From positions 1 to 63,469 of IMG/VR virus record IMGVR_UViG_3300045988_132430: a DNA stretch of 63,469 nt. One strand, given 5' to 3'. Shown one piece after another: positions 43,987 to 52,960 of this stretch. Below the pieces are notes generated by a model that saw only the letters and a program-made list of their open reading frames with translations, did not search any database and was not told the DNA's origin. Numbering within the stretch: the first letter of the stretch is position 1; every line of letters starts with the position of its first letter. The stretch is from a virus. A program made the position numbers and the translations under genes.

Positions 43987-45036
43987 TTATTCTTTTACCT
44001 TAATTCCGTAGTATTGAAAGAACAAATTTTCAAACTGACGACCTGCATAAAGTGCTGCTTCCTCGCTGTTAAAGCACAAGGGGAAACCAAAATCCGCATG
44101 CGTACTCTCACCACGATGGTCTGCAACTGCACAGCGGACACCCGCACTCTCCGTAGCATACGCATCAGCACAGAAGAGGAGCTGCTTAATACCCTTTCTC
44201 TGCTTCTCCTCCTCACTCATGCGCTTCATTTCTTCCTTGGAGTAGAGCACCCAGTAAGGGTAATAGCTCCAGCCATCCTTATCACGCCAAACGTTATTGT
44301 TCATAGCCTTTTGGATAATCAACAGCTTGTAGAGTGCTTGTGCTTGTCCTTGCGCTTCTCTATCTCCACCCATAATGCCAGTAAGTAGGTGTTCTTTCAT
44401 GCCCAACTTCTCACAAGCATCTTTAAAGGTTTTGATTTCGTGAAAATCGAATTGTTTATCATCTTCAAATTCGACATCTTGAATTATTGAAGCTTGTTCT
44501 GCATCAGGTTCTTGATTTGTTGCAGTTAATTCAGCATCGAGTTCTTGTATGAGTTCTTTGTAGCTCTTTCTGGTGTCAGCCAATTTTTCTGTTACCTTAG
44601 ATAGTGGAAGGCAGTGTTCATGTGAACAAGTGCATCCGCGATGATAAAAAGTCGCTTTACAAGCTGAATTTCTTCCAGCACATACACAGATTTCCCATAA
44701 ATCTTTATCATTATCTCTCACCAAGCACGGCTGCCACTTGCATGGTACAAAGTTGGAGTAGTCTTTGTAATAAGTGGGGACTTCGATGTGAAGGTCGAGT
44801 CTGTCCTCTGCTGTAGTGCTACAACGACCATTATTCTTATATACACACACTGATTCGCTGTCGCTGCTATTTGAGACGAGTGCGATTATCGTCCATGAAT
44901 CATTCTTGCGGTCAAAGCAAACTATCCTTGCAGTAAGTCCGTCATCCGTTACTATTCTTCCCTTAACTTCCTTGTTCGTAATCTTCTTCGCCAGTTCAAG
45001 GTCAAAGGGAACTTTCTTAAATGTTGTTCGTGTCAT
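43987..45036 (-). CDS. Hypothetical protein; N-terminal domain paralogous to 45042-45587
   Basis: Shares FKKVPFDLELAKKITNKEVKGRIVT...CKWQPCLVRD... and ELIQELDAELTAT with its neighbour. It also has an extra C-terminal domain of about 170 aa. Confidence 0.65.
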   Translation of the reverse strand: MTRTTFKKVPFDLELAKKITNKEVKGRIVTDDGLTARIVCFDRKNDSWTIIALVSNSSDSESVCVYKNNGRCSTTAEDRLDLHIEVPTYYKDYSNFVPCKWQPCLVRDNDKDLWEICVCAGRNSACKATFYHRGCTCSHEHCLPLSKVTEKLADTRKSYKELIQELDAELTATNQEPDAEQASIIQDVEFEDDKQFDFHEIKTFKDACEKLGMKEHLLTGIMGGDREAQGQAQALYKLLIIQKAMNNNVWRDKDGWSYYPYWVLYSKEEMKRMSEEEKQRKGIKQLLFCADAYATESAGVRCAVADHRGESTHADFGFPLCFNSEEAALYAGRQFENLFFQYYGIKVKE

Positions 45037-45041
45037 TGTTG

Positions 45042-45587
45042 TTATTCTTTATTGTTAGTTGTTGCAGTTAATTCTGCATCGAGTTCTTTGATTAAATCTT
45101 CGTAGCTCTTGGAAGTACCAATTAGTCGTTTGGTTATATTTGAGAGTGGAAGGAAATGCTTATAATCTTCGTATCCATCACTATTATTTCTTGAATAAAA
45201 GATTGGAACTCCATTAGAATCCGTACCACAGCACACTTCTATTCTCCATGTATCAGAAGAATAATCTCTCACCAAGCACGGCTGCCATTTGCACGGCTTA
45301 AAGTTGGAGTAGTCCTTGTGGTAGGTGGGGACTTCGAGGTGAAGGTCGAATTCGTGCTCTCCAATAGCATTATAACAGCCATTATTCTGATATTCAAACA
45401 CTTCTTCTATGTCTCTGTTATTTAGAGCGAGTGCGATTATCGACCATACAGCATTCTTACGGTCGAAACAGATAATTCTTACTTGGCGTCCGTCTCGCGT
45501 AACGATGCGTCCTTTTACTTCTTTATTAGTTATCTTCTTCGCCAGTTCAAGGTCAAAAGGAACTTTCTTAAATTTCATTTGTGTCAT
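45042..45587 (-). CDS. Hypothetical protein (paralog of the N-terminal part of 43987-45036)
   Basis: 181-aa ORF with the motifs listed for its neighbour. Confidence 0.65.
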   Translation of the reverse strand: MTQMKFKKVPFDLELAKKITNKEVKGRIVTRDGRQVRIICFDRKNAVWSIIALALNNRDIEEVFEYQNNGCYNAIGEHEFDLHLEVPTYHKDYSNFKPCKWQPCLVRDYSSDTWRIEVCCGTDSNGVPIFYSRNNSDGYEDYKHFLPLSNITKRLIGTSKSYEDLIKELDAELTATTNNKE

Positions 45588-45600
45588 TGTTGTTTCTGAT

Positions 45601-46419
45601 TTATTTGTTTGAATTATGATTGTTCGATAGCACCATACTTTTTTTCAGGTGCTTATAATCAGGAAAAATTAAGCTTAAAATATTACCATCTCTCAGATTT
45701 GGAAGGACTTTTTTAAGCAACTTGAATTTTGGGTTTATTTTTTTCACCATTGCCTCTATTCTTTCCATTTCGTTGTCAAGGATAATATAGGTAATGCTCA
45801 TGTTGTCATAGTCCAACGCAAGCATAAAATCGCGGTGTTGCGCCCATTCTGGAAATGGACTATCAATGCTGTTGTAATACATGCAGCCATGAATCTGTTC
45901 GGGAACAAACCATTGGTCGCCAAGTGTTCCTTTTACGCCAATCACGAAGTAGCACTCAAGCAAACGTTCTGCTGGGTAATAAGCCTTGGGTGCGAAATAA
46001 AGCTTTATTCGTTTCCCATTCTCTTCATAAGAAAAGTCGTACACTCTGCCTTGACTCAATACGCAAAAGTCGCAACCGTCTATGTCGAGTCCAGTTGTCA
46101 CAATCGGGTTTTCGGTTTCTTCAATACATTTCCCTAATGACGTTGCATGAAAATTGTCTAAAATTTTACCGTTCAAACGAATCAAATCTTCATAGCACGC
46201 ATTATACTGTTCTTGCAAATCGTTGTTATCTTTTTTCAGCTCACGCATTTCCCGTTCGAGTGCATCGATTTCGCTCAACAAGGGTATGGCTTGCAGTTGC
46301 TTCACCACTTTGTTATAATCGCTCATAAGCTGCTTTACGCGCTCAGTCAATTCTACGTTCTCTTTTTCCATCTCGCCCAATCTTTGGGTGAGTGCTTGGA
46401 ATGTTTTATCTTCTGTCAT
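45601..46419 (-). CDS. Hypothetical protein with an N-terminal coiled coil
   Basis: 272-aa ORF. Confidence 0.6.
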   Translation of the reverse strand: MTEDKTFQALTQRLGEMEKENVELTERVKQLMSDYNKVVKQLQAIPLLSEIDALEREMRELKKDNNDLQEQYNACYEDLIRLNGKILDNFHATSLGKCIEETENPIVTTGLDIDGCDFCVLSQGRVYDFSYEENGKRIKLYFAPKAYYPAERLLECYFVIGVKGTLGDQWFVPEQIHGCMYYNSIDSPFPEWAQHRDFMLALDYDNMSITYIILDNEMERIEAMVKKINPKFKLLKKVLPNLRDGNILSLIFPDYKHLKKSMVLSNNHNSNK

Positions 46420-46685
46420 TGTTGTTCGTTTTCAGTTATTGTAAAACCTCTTCTTTCTAATTCTTCTATGAGGTAAGAATCATCAAGATTGCTGATAAAT
46501 CTCTGTTGTTGCTCTTCAGTGCATTCGCTAAATATATCTTCAAGCACTTTTGATTGTTCGTATTCATTTAGGTAATAAAGAATGTCAGTGGCTTCAATTA
46601 CTGCGTTAACTTCTACTTCCATGTTGTTACTTTTTGTCGTTGTTGTGTTTATGGTCTTTCTGGTAGCAAGCACCAATATTCCCAC
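46416..46685 (-). CDS. Hypothetical protein
   Basis: 89-aa ORF with a 4-nt overlap. Confidence 0.5.
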   Translation of the reverse strand: MGILVLATRKTINTTTTKSNNMEVEVNAVIEATDILYYLNEYEQSKVLEDIFSECTEEQQQRFISNLDDSYLIEELERRGFTITENEQQ

Positions 46686-46918
46686 TTGTCTCCAATTACC
46701 TTAGGTGTTGGTAAACCTACATTGTCATGAGTTGGTACTACCATATTTGTTACACCAAGTTTCTTACTCATAGAATACATACGCGCATTAAACTCGTCAA
46801 TTTGATTTTGTGTTTCGCGCACATCTAATTCTGTAAAGCCACGCTCACTAAGAAGTACTATCAATTTGTTGAATGGTGGTAGTTCTTCTGAAAGTTTAAT
46901 CCATTTTCCGTATACCAT
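46649..46918 (-). CDS. Hypothetical protein
   Basis: 89-aa ORF. Confidence 0.5.
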   Translation of the reverse strand: MVYGKWIKLSEELPPFNKLIVLLSERGFTELDVRETQNQIDEFNARMYSMSKKLGVTNMVVPTHDNVGLPTPKVIGDKWEYWCLLPERP

Positions 46919-46921
46919 ATT

Positions 46922-47314
46922 TTATATGTAGTTGTTTTCGAAGTATTCCTCATCAGCCATTTCGGTTGTTATTTTTTTTACTCTTGCTTTGTTATACTTA
47001 TACCTTTTGGCTTGGTATTCGGCAGCTGATTTTTTCTCAAATACCATAGCATAAATAGATGCTGGAGACCACCACATCTGTTTGGTCTTTGTTCTATCAA
47101 CAAGATATAATTTTGACACAACATTTCTATTTCGTCTTGTATCTTGTACAACAACATACTTGCCAACATCTTTCTTAGAGAAGCAATGACTTCTTGCTAT
47201 TACATAGAACTGCTTCTCTGTTGAAGAATAAGTATCTAAGTCATTGAAATCATAGTTACATGTTTCCGCTAAGTACTCAGCTTCTGAACCATTATCTAAT
47301 ATTAAATTCTCCAT
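46922..47314 (-). CDS. Hypothetical protein
   Basis: 130-aa ORF. Confidence 0.55.
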   Translation of the reverse strand: MENLILDNGSEAEYLAETCNYDFNDLDTYSSTEKQFYVIARSHCFSKKDVGKYVVVQDTRRNRNVVSKLYLVDRTKTKQMWWSPASIYAMVFEKKSAAEYQAKRYKYNKARVKKITTEMADEEYFENNYI

Positions 47315-47318
47315 AATT

Positions 47319-47720
47319 TTATATCGTTAAGTTTGCATCCTCTCCCAATGCCCAGAGAATGTGTTGCAGTTCGTGAACATATTTAATCTTAGGTAAGGAT
47401 AACGTATGATTACATATCCTTGCGTATGATGGCATCAAATCTAATTCAACTTTTAAGCATTCTCCTTTAGACGACACTTTTAGGTTGAAAACATCCGTGT
47501 TTCTATGCACAAAACAAACATGATTAAAATCATACGTTATTAACTTCCATCCATTCTTTTCAAGAATTTCTGTTGTGATAGGAATGGGAGTTAACTCGTT
47601 TTCTCCCAGAATTCTATGTTCAGTGAATACAGAACCAATGTTGTGTAATCCCGTTATTTTAAGAACGTGCGATTCGTGTTGTACGAGGTCACCAATTCTC
47701 AGGTCTTCAGCCTTAATCAT
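47319..47720 (-). CDS. Hypothetical protein
   Basis: 133-aa ORF. Confidence 0.55.
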   Translation of the reverse strand: MIKAEDLRIGDLVQHESHVLKITGLHNIGSVFTEHRILGENELTPIPITTEILEKNGWKLITYDFNHVCFVHRNTDVFNLKVSSKGECLKVELDLMPSYARICNHTLSLPKIKYVHELQHILWALGEDANLTI

Positions 47721-48129
47721 TTTGCACCTCCTCCCTTTTTAGTTTTTCAATGAGAGCATCTGCATATTTAATAGCAAGTTCAGTAGAAGACTCAACTCTT
47801 ACATCAACGTTTATAATACTATTTAAATCATCATAGTATTCTACGCAATCATGTAGCATTTCTTTCGCAATTTCGTATCTGCGCTGCTCCCAGTCGATGT
47901 TACAAGTTTCTCGGTCTGTAAGCATCTTTTTAACATGGTCTGTAATCTTCTTTCTAAAATGGTTTGTAAGTCTTGTTTTAATTTCTTCGTCACTATACTG
48001 CGAGTCTAAGATGAAGCCGTTGAATTTAGCAATGACTCGCATTCCTGTTTGTTCGGCTTTTTGTCTTAACATTTTAATACCCTCGTCCAATGTTGTGTTG
48101 AAGGGTAGTTGCATTTCTATTGTTTCCAT
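47713..48129 (-). CDS. Hypothetical protein
   Basis: 138-aa ORF. Confidence 0.55.
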   Translation of the reverse strand: METIEMQLPFNTTLDEGIKMLRQKAEQTGMRVIAKFNGFILDSQYSDEEIKTRLTNHFRKKITDHVKKMLTDRETCNIDWEQRRYEIAKEMLHDCVEYYDDLNSIINVDVRVESSTELAIKYADALIEKLKREEVQND

Positions 48130-48195
48130 AACTACTTTATTTTTGAATTGATAAATGGTATTTTTTTCGCCAGTTCGATGTCGAATTAAACTTTT

Positions 48196-48651
48196 TTAAA
48201 TGTTATTTGTGCCATTGTTGTTTTGTTTTTGGAGAGAGAGGTTTTGCTCCTCACATATTAAATTTTTTGCAATGAATTCGACTCTTGATGTCATCGAAGA
48301 GTCTATTTTCAGCAGTGCTTTGCGAATGGTTCTTCTGTCACGTATAAGTGCCTCGGTTTTTATGTTCCTTAAGTCGATGTCGTTGATAGAGATAATACCA
48401 TCACTACGTTTGTTAATTCTTAACTTCGTTTCTATTTTATCGCGTGACGGTTTTGCATCTGTGTTGAGCCTTCCTATTAGTACAAGGTCTATTTGGCACA
48501 GAGTGTCGCAAAGACTTCTTCTATAGCGCATGATTGTTCGGTCATCTATTAACTCTACTCTGTCTACGTTAATATAGATGTCACCATCGTTGTTTTTGCT
48601 GAGCCATAAATGTGGCTCTGTCATAAATCTGTGTCTGTCGTAATCTTTCAT
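48196..48651 (-). CDS. Hypothetical protein
   Basis: 151-aa ORF. Confidence 0.55.
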   Translation of the reverse strand: MKDYDRHRFMTEPHLWLSKNNDGDIYINVDRVELIDDRTIMRYRRSLCDTLCQIDLVLIGRLNTDAKPSRDKIETKLRINKRSDGIISINDIDLRNIKTEALIRDRRTIRKALLKIDSSMTSRVEFIAKNLICEEQNLSLQKQNNNGTNNI

Positions 48652-48908
48652 TCTGCACCTCCTTTCTTCAGCATTTCTGGGTTGTCGTAGATGTTACCAA
48701 CTATCTCTACATCGCCTTCATGGTCGGTGACAACAGCTTGTAGAGTGCTTGTGCTTACTGGGTCTACATATATTACATCGAAACAGTGACCGCGAACAAC
48801 ATCAACAACATGACCGATAACTCTGCCGTTGTGTGCTACAAGTGCTCCGAACTCTACTCCGCTGCGGTCGCCACGAATGATTACTTTTTTACCAACGTTT
48901 GTTTCCAT
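48648..48908 (-). CDS. Hypothetical protein
   Basis: 86-aa ORF. Confidence 0.5.
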   Translation of the reverse strand: METNVGKKVIIRGDRSGVEFGALVAHNGRVIGHVVDVVRGHCFDVIYVDPVSTSTLQAVVTDHEGDVEIVGNIYDNPEMLKKGGAE

Positions 48909-48910
48909 AA

Positions 48911-49136
48911 TTACTTAATTTTTTGAATTGAAAGTTGATATTTCCCTTGACCTATTTCGAGGTGATAATCCTTATATTTGATTGTAGGATATAGCTTTTC
49001 AGCTGCAAGAACAACACCTTGAATATCGAATTTAAAGCAAGGGTTGTGCTTGATTTCGAACGTGCTGTAATATCTATCACCTATCATTACATCTACCTCA
49101 ATCTTATCGGGGGGGGGTAGTTTTCTTCTTGTACAT
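48911..49136 (-). pseudogene. Small ORF split by a C9 (plus-strand G9) homopolymer
   Basis: ATG at 49134-49136 leads through MYKKKTTPPR to a stop. A 65-codon open frame (DKIEVDVMIGDRYY...QKIK) follows the run at 49109-49117 in another frame. An internal Met at 49087 would give 58 aa. Confidence 0.4.
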
Positions 49137-49146
49137 TGTTATTCTA

Positions 49147-49440
49147 TTATTTGATTACACCTTGTTTTCTTAAAACGCTTTCATTGTGTGCTGCAATCTG
49201 ACTAAACATTTTGCCATCGCTATAGCCTTGTTGTTCTCCATCAGCGAAGCCTTTTTTGTAGCCAGCTTCAAAGGTTTTTTTGAAAGAATCTTCGGTTTCT
49301 GCATGAAGCAATTTCTCATAATAATCTTTTGCCGCTTTTACGCTCTTTTCTTCGCCACGGATTTTGCCTATAAAGTAAGCAATGTATGCAGTCGCGCAGT
49401 AAACTACGGTAAAAATTGTAATGTGATAAAATATTGTCAT
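49147..49440 (-). CDS. Hypothetical membrane protein
   Basis: 97 aa with the N-terminal hydrophobic helix IFYHITIFTVVYCATAYIAYFIG. Confidence 0.55.
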   Translation of the reverse strand: MTIFYHITIFTVVYCATAYIAYFIGKIRGEEKSVKAAKDYYEKLLHAETEDSFKKTFEAGYKKGFADGEQQGYSDGKMFSQIAAHNESVLRKQGVIK

Positions 49441-49658
49441 AGCGTTTCTTTGTTTAATTCGTCAATCAAGTTTAACGCGCGAGAATGAGCTTCCCAGTCG
49501 TTTTCTTCATCAAACGTCTTAATGGTTATCCATCCGTACCACTTGCGCATTTGCACTGCGTAGACGTAGTATTTGGGTACTTCAACTATGAATGGTGTGT
49601 TAAGCCATGCTTCAATGTCTTCTATTTGTATTTTCTTTATTCTGAATTTTCTTTTCAT
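49437..49658 (-). CDS. Hypothetical protein
   Basis: 73-aa ORF. Confidence 0.5.
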   Translation of the reverse strand: MKRKFRIKKIQIEDIEAWLNTPFIVEVPKYYVYAVQMRKWYGWITIKTFDEENDWEAHSRALNLIDELNKETL

Positions 49659-49984
49659 TAGTAGTCCTCCTCTAATTCAAGCAACTTAATGATTTTTTCT
49701 TCATAATTTTGCCAATCCTCACGGAACAGCTCTCCGCCTTCACGTCCGTCTAAGAAAGTGTGAGCAAAGTCGCGTGTGTATTTGCACATTTCGTCAACAC
49801 TCTTATTAAATTGCTTCTTGTCCTCTCCGAGCAGTAATTTGTGCTTAGATAGCTTAGTTCCTGCTTCGTTATAGAAGTCTTGCGCAATAGTGAACAACAA
49901 AAATGCAGCACTAATCAGTCTGTCGCACTTCGCGAGTGTTCCGTCAGCTGTAGCTTCTTCAATTAGTTTCTTTCTCGGTTTCAT
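49658..49984 (-). CDS. Hypothetical protein
   Basis: 108-aa ORF. Confidence 0.55.
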   Translation of the reverse strand: MKPRKKLIEEATADGTLAKCDRLISAAFLLFTIAQDFYNEAGTKLSKHKLLLGEDKKQFNKSVDEMCKYTRDFAHTFLDGREGGELFREDWQNYEEKIIKLLELEEDY

Positions 49985-50253
49985 TCTTCTGATTTGTTTT
50001 TTTTGTCACTTATTTCAAATTTGCTCCAATCTCGTTGGTCTTTTGATGGGAAGAGCGTAGGTTCTTTGTGTTTCACATAGTTTTTGCCCTCCTTGTCAAA
50101 TCTCATTATATAATCTCGATATTCTGGGCAAGAGACCCTTATAGGATATTTTGAGTCATCGTCCATAACCTCCATGAGTTCTACTTCACCCCACAGTGGG
50201 CTATAGAGCTTTGTCCCCCTCGGGCACTTTTTCAATATTTCTGCTACATTCAT
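49981..50253 (-). CDS. Hypothetical protein (paralog of the N-terminus of 50255-50695)
   Basis: MNVAEILKKCPRGTKLYSPLWGEVEL compared with MNIAEILKKYPKGTKLYSPLYGEIEL. Confidence 0.6.
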   Translation of the reverse strand: MNVAEILKKCPRGTKLYSPLWGEVELMEVMDDDSKYPIRVSCPEYRDYIMRFDKEGKNYVKHKEPTLFPSKDQRDWSKFEISDKKNKSEE

Positions 50254-50254
50254 A

Positions 50255-50695
50255 TTACTCGGGTTTATTAGTTGTATTTAATAAATGCTCGTTGCCTTCG
50301 TATGGGATGCACTGCTTCCACCATGAATAAATGCAAATATATCTATTATCCTCAGCTATGTGACTAAAAAAATCGCATCCCCATTCTCTATCATTACGGT
50401 CTCGCACAAGAACTCGGTCGAACGGCTTGAACTGATGTTTGGTTTCTTGTTCAGTCACTCCAAACTTATTCCAATCTCGTTGGTCGCGAGAAGGATATAA
50501 CATTAACTCGGCATTATAATCGCGACATTTACCTTCTTCTGTAAATGTTCTGTAATACTCTACGTTGTTAACTTTATGTGAGCATACAATGGGATATTTT
50601 TTATCGTAAACACTTACGAGTTCAATTTCACCATAGAGTGGGCTATAGAGTTTTGTACCTTTCGGATATTTCTTCAAAATTTCTGCTATGTTCAT
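50255..50695 (-). CDS. Hypothetical protein (paralog pair)
   Basis: 146-aa ORF. Confidence 0.6.
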   Translation of the reverse strand: MNIAEILKKYPKGTKLYSPLYGEIELVSVYDKKYPIVCSHKVNNVEYYRTFTEEGKCRDYNAELMLYPSRDQRDWNKFGVTEQETKHQFKPFDRVLVRDRNDREWGCDFFSHIAEDNRYICIYSWWKQCIPYEGNEHLLNTTNKPE

Positions 50696-50713
50696 CTTCT
50701 TGTTTTTAAAAAG

Positions 50714-51145
50714 TTAAACACCAGTACTACCTAATCCGCCTTCACCTCGGTCACTCTCAGACAATTCGCAAGCGTCCACGTACTCAACTTCTGGTACTGG
50801 CAAGATAACAGCTTGCGCAATGCGTTCTCCGAGTTTATAGCAAGCATTCATTCCTTTAAAAACCACCCGAACTTCACCTTTGTAGCCTGAACTTATCACG
50901 CTTACGCAATTAGCCATTATAGCTGCATGCTTGTAGCACGAAAAGAGAGGGAAAATGAACATCGCATAACCTCGGGGAATCTCAACTCTTAAACCAGTGC
51001 CGTAGACCATGCAGTTGTTTTCTAAGTCCACCTTGCGAGAGTTTGCAACGAGGTCGAAACCTGCGTCACCAACGTGCATTTGTTTAGGAAGTGCAGCTAA
51101 TGCACCTTTTCGAATGACTTTAATTGTGATTTTATTTTGTTCCAT
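50714..51145 (-). CDS. dut: Trimeric dUTPase-fold protein with substituted catalytic motifs
   Basis: Motif I GDAGFDL, motif IV RIAQ and motif V RGEGGLGSTG are present. Motif II reads PLFS instead of PRS(S/G), and motif III reads ISSGYKGE instead of ID..Y.GE. Confidence 0.7.
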   Translation of the reverse strand: MEQNKITIKVIRKGALAALPKQMHVGDAGFDLVANSRKVDLENNCMVYGTGLRVEIPRGYAMFIFPLFSCYKHAAIMANCVSVISSGYKGEVRVVFKGMNACYKLGERIAQAVILPVPEVEYVDACELSESDRGEGGLGSTGV

Positions 51146-51150
51146 TGTTG

Positions 51151-51402
51151 TTAGTTATTCGTGTAACACTTATATTCAGTTATTGTATTTCTAATTTTGT
51201 CGAGCGCGTCAACGATGTTAATGCTAAGACATTCTTCTGAAATCATAGGAACATTGTCTACAGACACATACATCTTTCCGTTGTATTCCTTTACTTGAAT
51301 ACGCTCTTGCATTTCTTGCGCGATACGCTTAGACTTAGCTTCTGCCTTGCGTTTTGCTTTGTCGTCGTATGCATCGTAAAATAATTCTCTAAGAATGTTC
51401 AT
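51151..51402 (-). CDS. Hypothetical protein
   Basis: 83-aa ORF. Confidence 0.5.
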   Translation of the reverse strand: MNILRELFYDAYDDKAKRKAEAKSKRIAQEMQERIQVKEYNGKMYVSVDNVPMISEECLSINIVDALDKIRNTITEYKCYTNN

Positions 51403-51414
51403 TGCTTTAAGAAA

Positions 51415-51738
51415 TTAAAGAGGTTGTTGTGTATCAATCTTATGTCCTACAAGTTCAAGCTCGTATACAGACAAGTCCATTACCGCTGATGCTAAGTTTT
51501 GTTTGTTGATGTACGCGTGACATGATATTCTGCCCATTACCGCTACTTTTTGCCCTTTGGTTAGATAAGGTATAAGTTTGTTGTTATCACCATTCTTGAT
51601 ACATTCAACGTAGAGCGTAGCGTTATTGTCTTTATATTTAGTATTAACAGCGATCGTAAATGTTATGAATGAATTTCCATTTGCGCTTTTTGCAACAGCA
51701 GGAGCGACTAAATTTCCGATAAATGTAGCTTGGTTCAT
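51415..51738 (-). CDS. ssb: Single-stranded DNA-binding protein (short OB-fold form)
   Basis: N-terminus MNQATFIGNLVAPAV..., with ...LYVECI...YLTKGQKVAVMGRI. 107 aa, with no acidic tail. Confidence 0.6.
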   Translation of the reverse strand: MNQATFIGNLVAPAVAKSANGNSFITFTIAVNTKYKDNNATLYVECIKNGDNNKLIPYLTKGQKVAVMGRISCHAYINKQNLASAVMDLSVYELELVGHKIDTQQPL

Positions 51739-51762
51739 ATTGCAGTTACTTTATTTCGTTGG

Positions 51763-52092
51763 TTATCTATAATCCCCATTGCCGTGCAATTTATCCATCG
51801 CTATTCTACGATTAACTTTGTCGATGTTGCATTTAGCAATGCTCCACAATGGTACTCGCAATTTAATAGCGAGTGCAGCAAGATACCACAGCACATCACC
51901 TATTTCCATTGCTATTTCGTGTTCTGTTACCCCGTCCACAATACCCTCGTGGTCGCGATAGATTTTCTTTACCTTGTCTGCAACTTCTCCTGCTTCACCG
52001 CACATTGCTACGGTAAGATATAGAATGTCGTTGCACATATTGTCTTTTGTTTGTTCTACGAATTTCTCGTAATCTAAGAAAGAAGTTTCCAT
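51763..52092 (-). CDS. MazG-like nucleotide pyrophosphohydrolase
   Basis: CGEAGEVADKVKKIYRD and EIGDVLWYLAALA motifs. Confidence 0.7.
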   Translation of the reverse strand: METSFLDYEKFVEQTKDNMCNDILYLTVAMCGEAGEVADKVKKIYRDHEGIVDGVTEHEIAMEIGDVLWYLAALAIKLRVPLWSIAKCNIDKVNRRIAMDKLHGNGDYR

Positions 52093-52104
52093 ATTTTGTT
52101 GAGT

Positions 52105-52671
52105 TTAAATGATTATTGAATAGGGGCAAGGTTCTGGGTCGTAAGACTTGATTTCAACATCTTGCCCGACTTCCGCGAACGTATATCCATGCTTTGAATA
52201 TCGCTTTTCAACTTGTTCGCTTCGTTTTGTCTGCTTGTTGTAATAGACTATTTTGTTGTCGCAGTTAACGATATATCCCTTACTGCGTAGGTAGTACCGC
52301 TTACGTGCATTGTCGCGAATTTCACGCGGAGTAAAGATTGTCAAGCGTGTTTTTTTCTTGCGTGGAAAACCATACTTTATTCTCAATCTTTCAGCCTTAA
52401 TCATCTTGGCAAGGCTGGATGATTTCTTTTGTTGAGCTTCATCAGTGTACATTGTATGTCCAGTGTACATTGTATGTCTATTTCTCATACCGATTGTACG
52501 ATGTATATGCTTTCTAAATTCGAGAGTTTTTTTGAGTTTAAGTCGCGATGCTTGCGCTCTGATTTTCTTTCTGCTCACCCCGAGGAGAATGACGAGTTCT
52601 TCCATCGTGCAAGTTGGATAGCACTTGACAAGGGTTTCTAATTCTTCTTTCGTCCATTGTTTTCTTTGCAT
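52105..52671 (-). CDS. Hypothetical DNA-binding-like protein with an HTMYT(G/D) tandem repeat
   Basis: 188 aa with a basic N-terminal HTH-like segment and an 18-bp x 2 repeat at about 52443-52478. Confidence 0.5.
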   Translation of the reverse strand: MQRKQWTKEELETLVKCYPTCTMEELVILLGVSRKKIRAQASRLKLKKTLEFRKHIHRTIGMRNRHTMYTGHTMYTDEAQQKKSSSLAKMIKAERLRIKYGFPRKKKTRLTIFTPREIRDNARKRYYLRSKGYIVNCDNKIVYYNKQTKRSEQVEKRYSKHGYTFAEVGQDVEIKSYDPEPCPYSIII

Positions 52672-52738
52672 ATAAGCGTTTATTTTGTTTTAGCTGTAAA
52701 CTTGTGCGTCCAACATATTTAATCGCGTTAAACTCGCT

Positions 52739-52960
52739 CTAATCGCGCTTTTTCGCGTTGTTTGGACTGATTGTGTATGCTTTATTTCTTATTTTCAAAT
52801 AACCTCGCTTCAAAACTTCATTGAATAGTGGCAAATCTTCATCTTTGATGCACGCTTCAGTCTCTCCGTTTACAGTCGTGTGTCCGTTAATTCCGAATTG
52901 CTTTATAATCTTTTGCTTTGTATCGCGAGTGCATGTCCAGTAGATTGTGACGAACTTCAT
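52739..52960 (-). CDS. Hypothetical protein
   Basis: 73-aa ORF. Confidence 0.5.
   Translation of the reverse strand: MKFVTIYWTCTRDTKQKIIKQFGINGHTTVNGETEACIKDEDLPLFNEVLKRGYLKIRNKAYTISPNNAKKRD

Noticed and set aside
37477-52092. A complete 5-hydroxymethyl-dU-based hypermodification pathway.
   Set aside because: I found no thymidylate-synthase-like dUMP hydroxymethylase or dCMP/dCTP deaminase in the window. The cluster is therefore reported only as a candidate with unknown chemistry.
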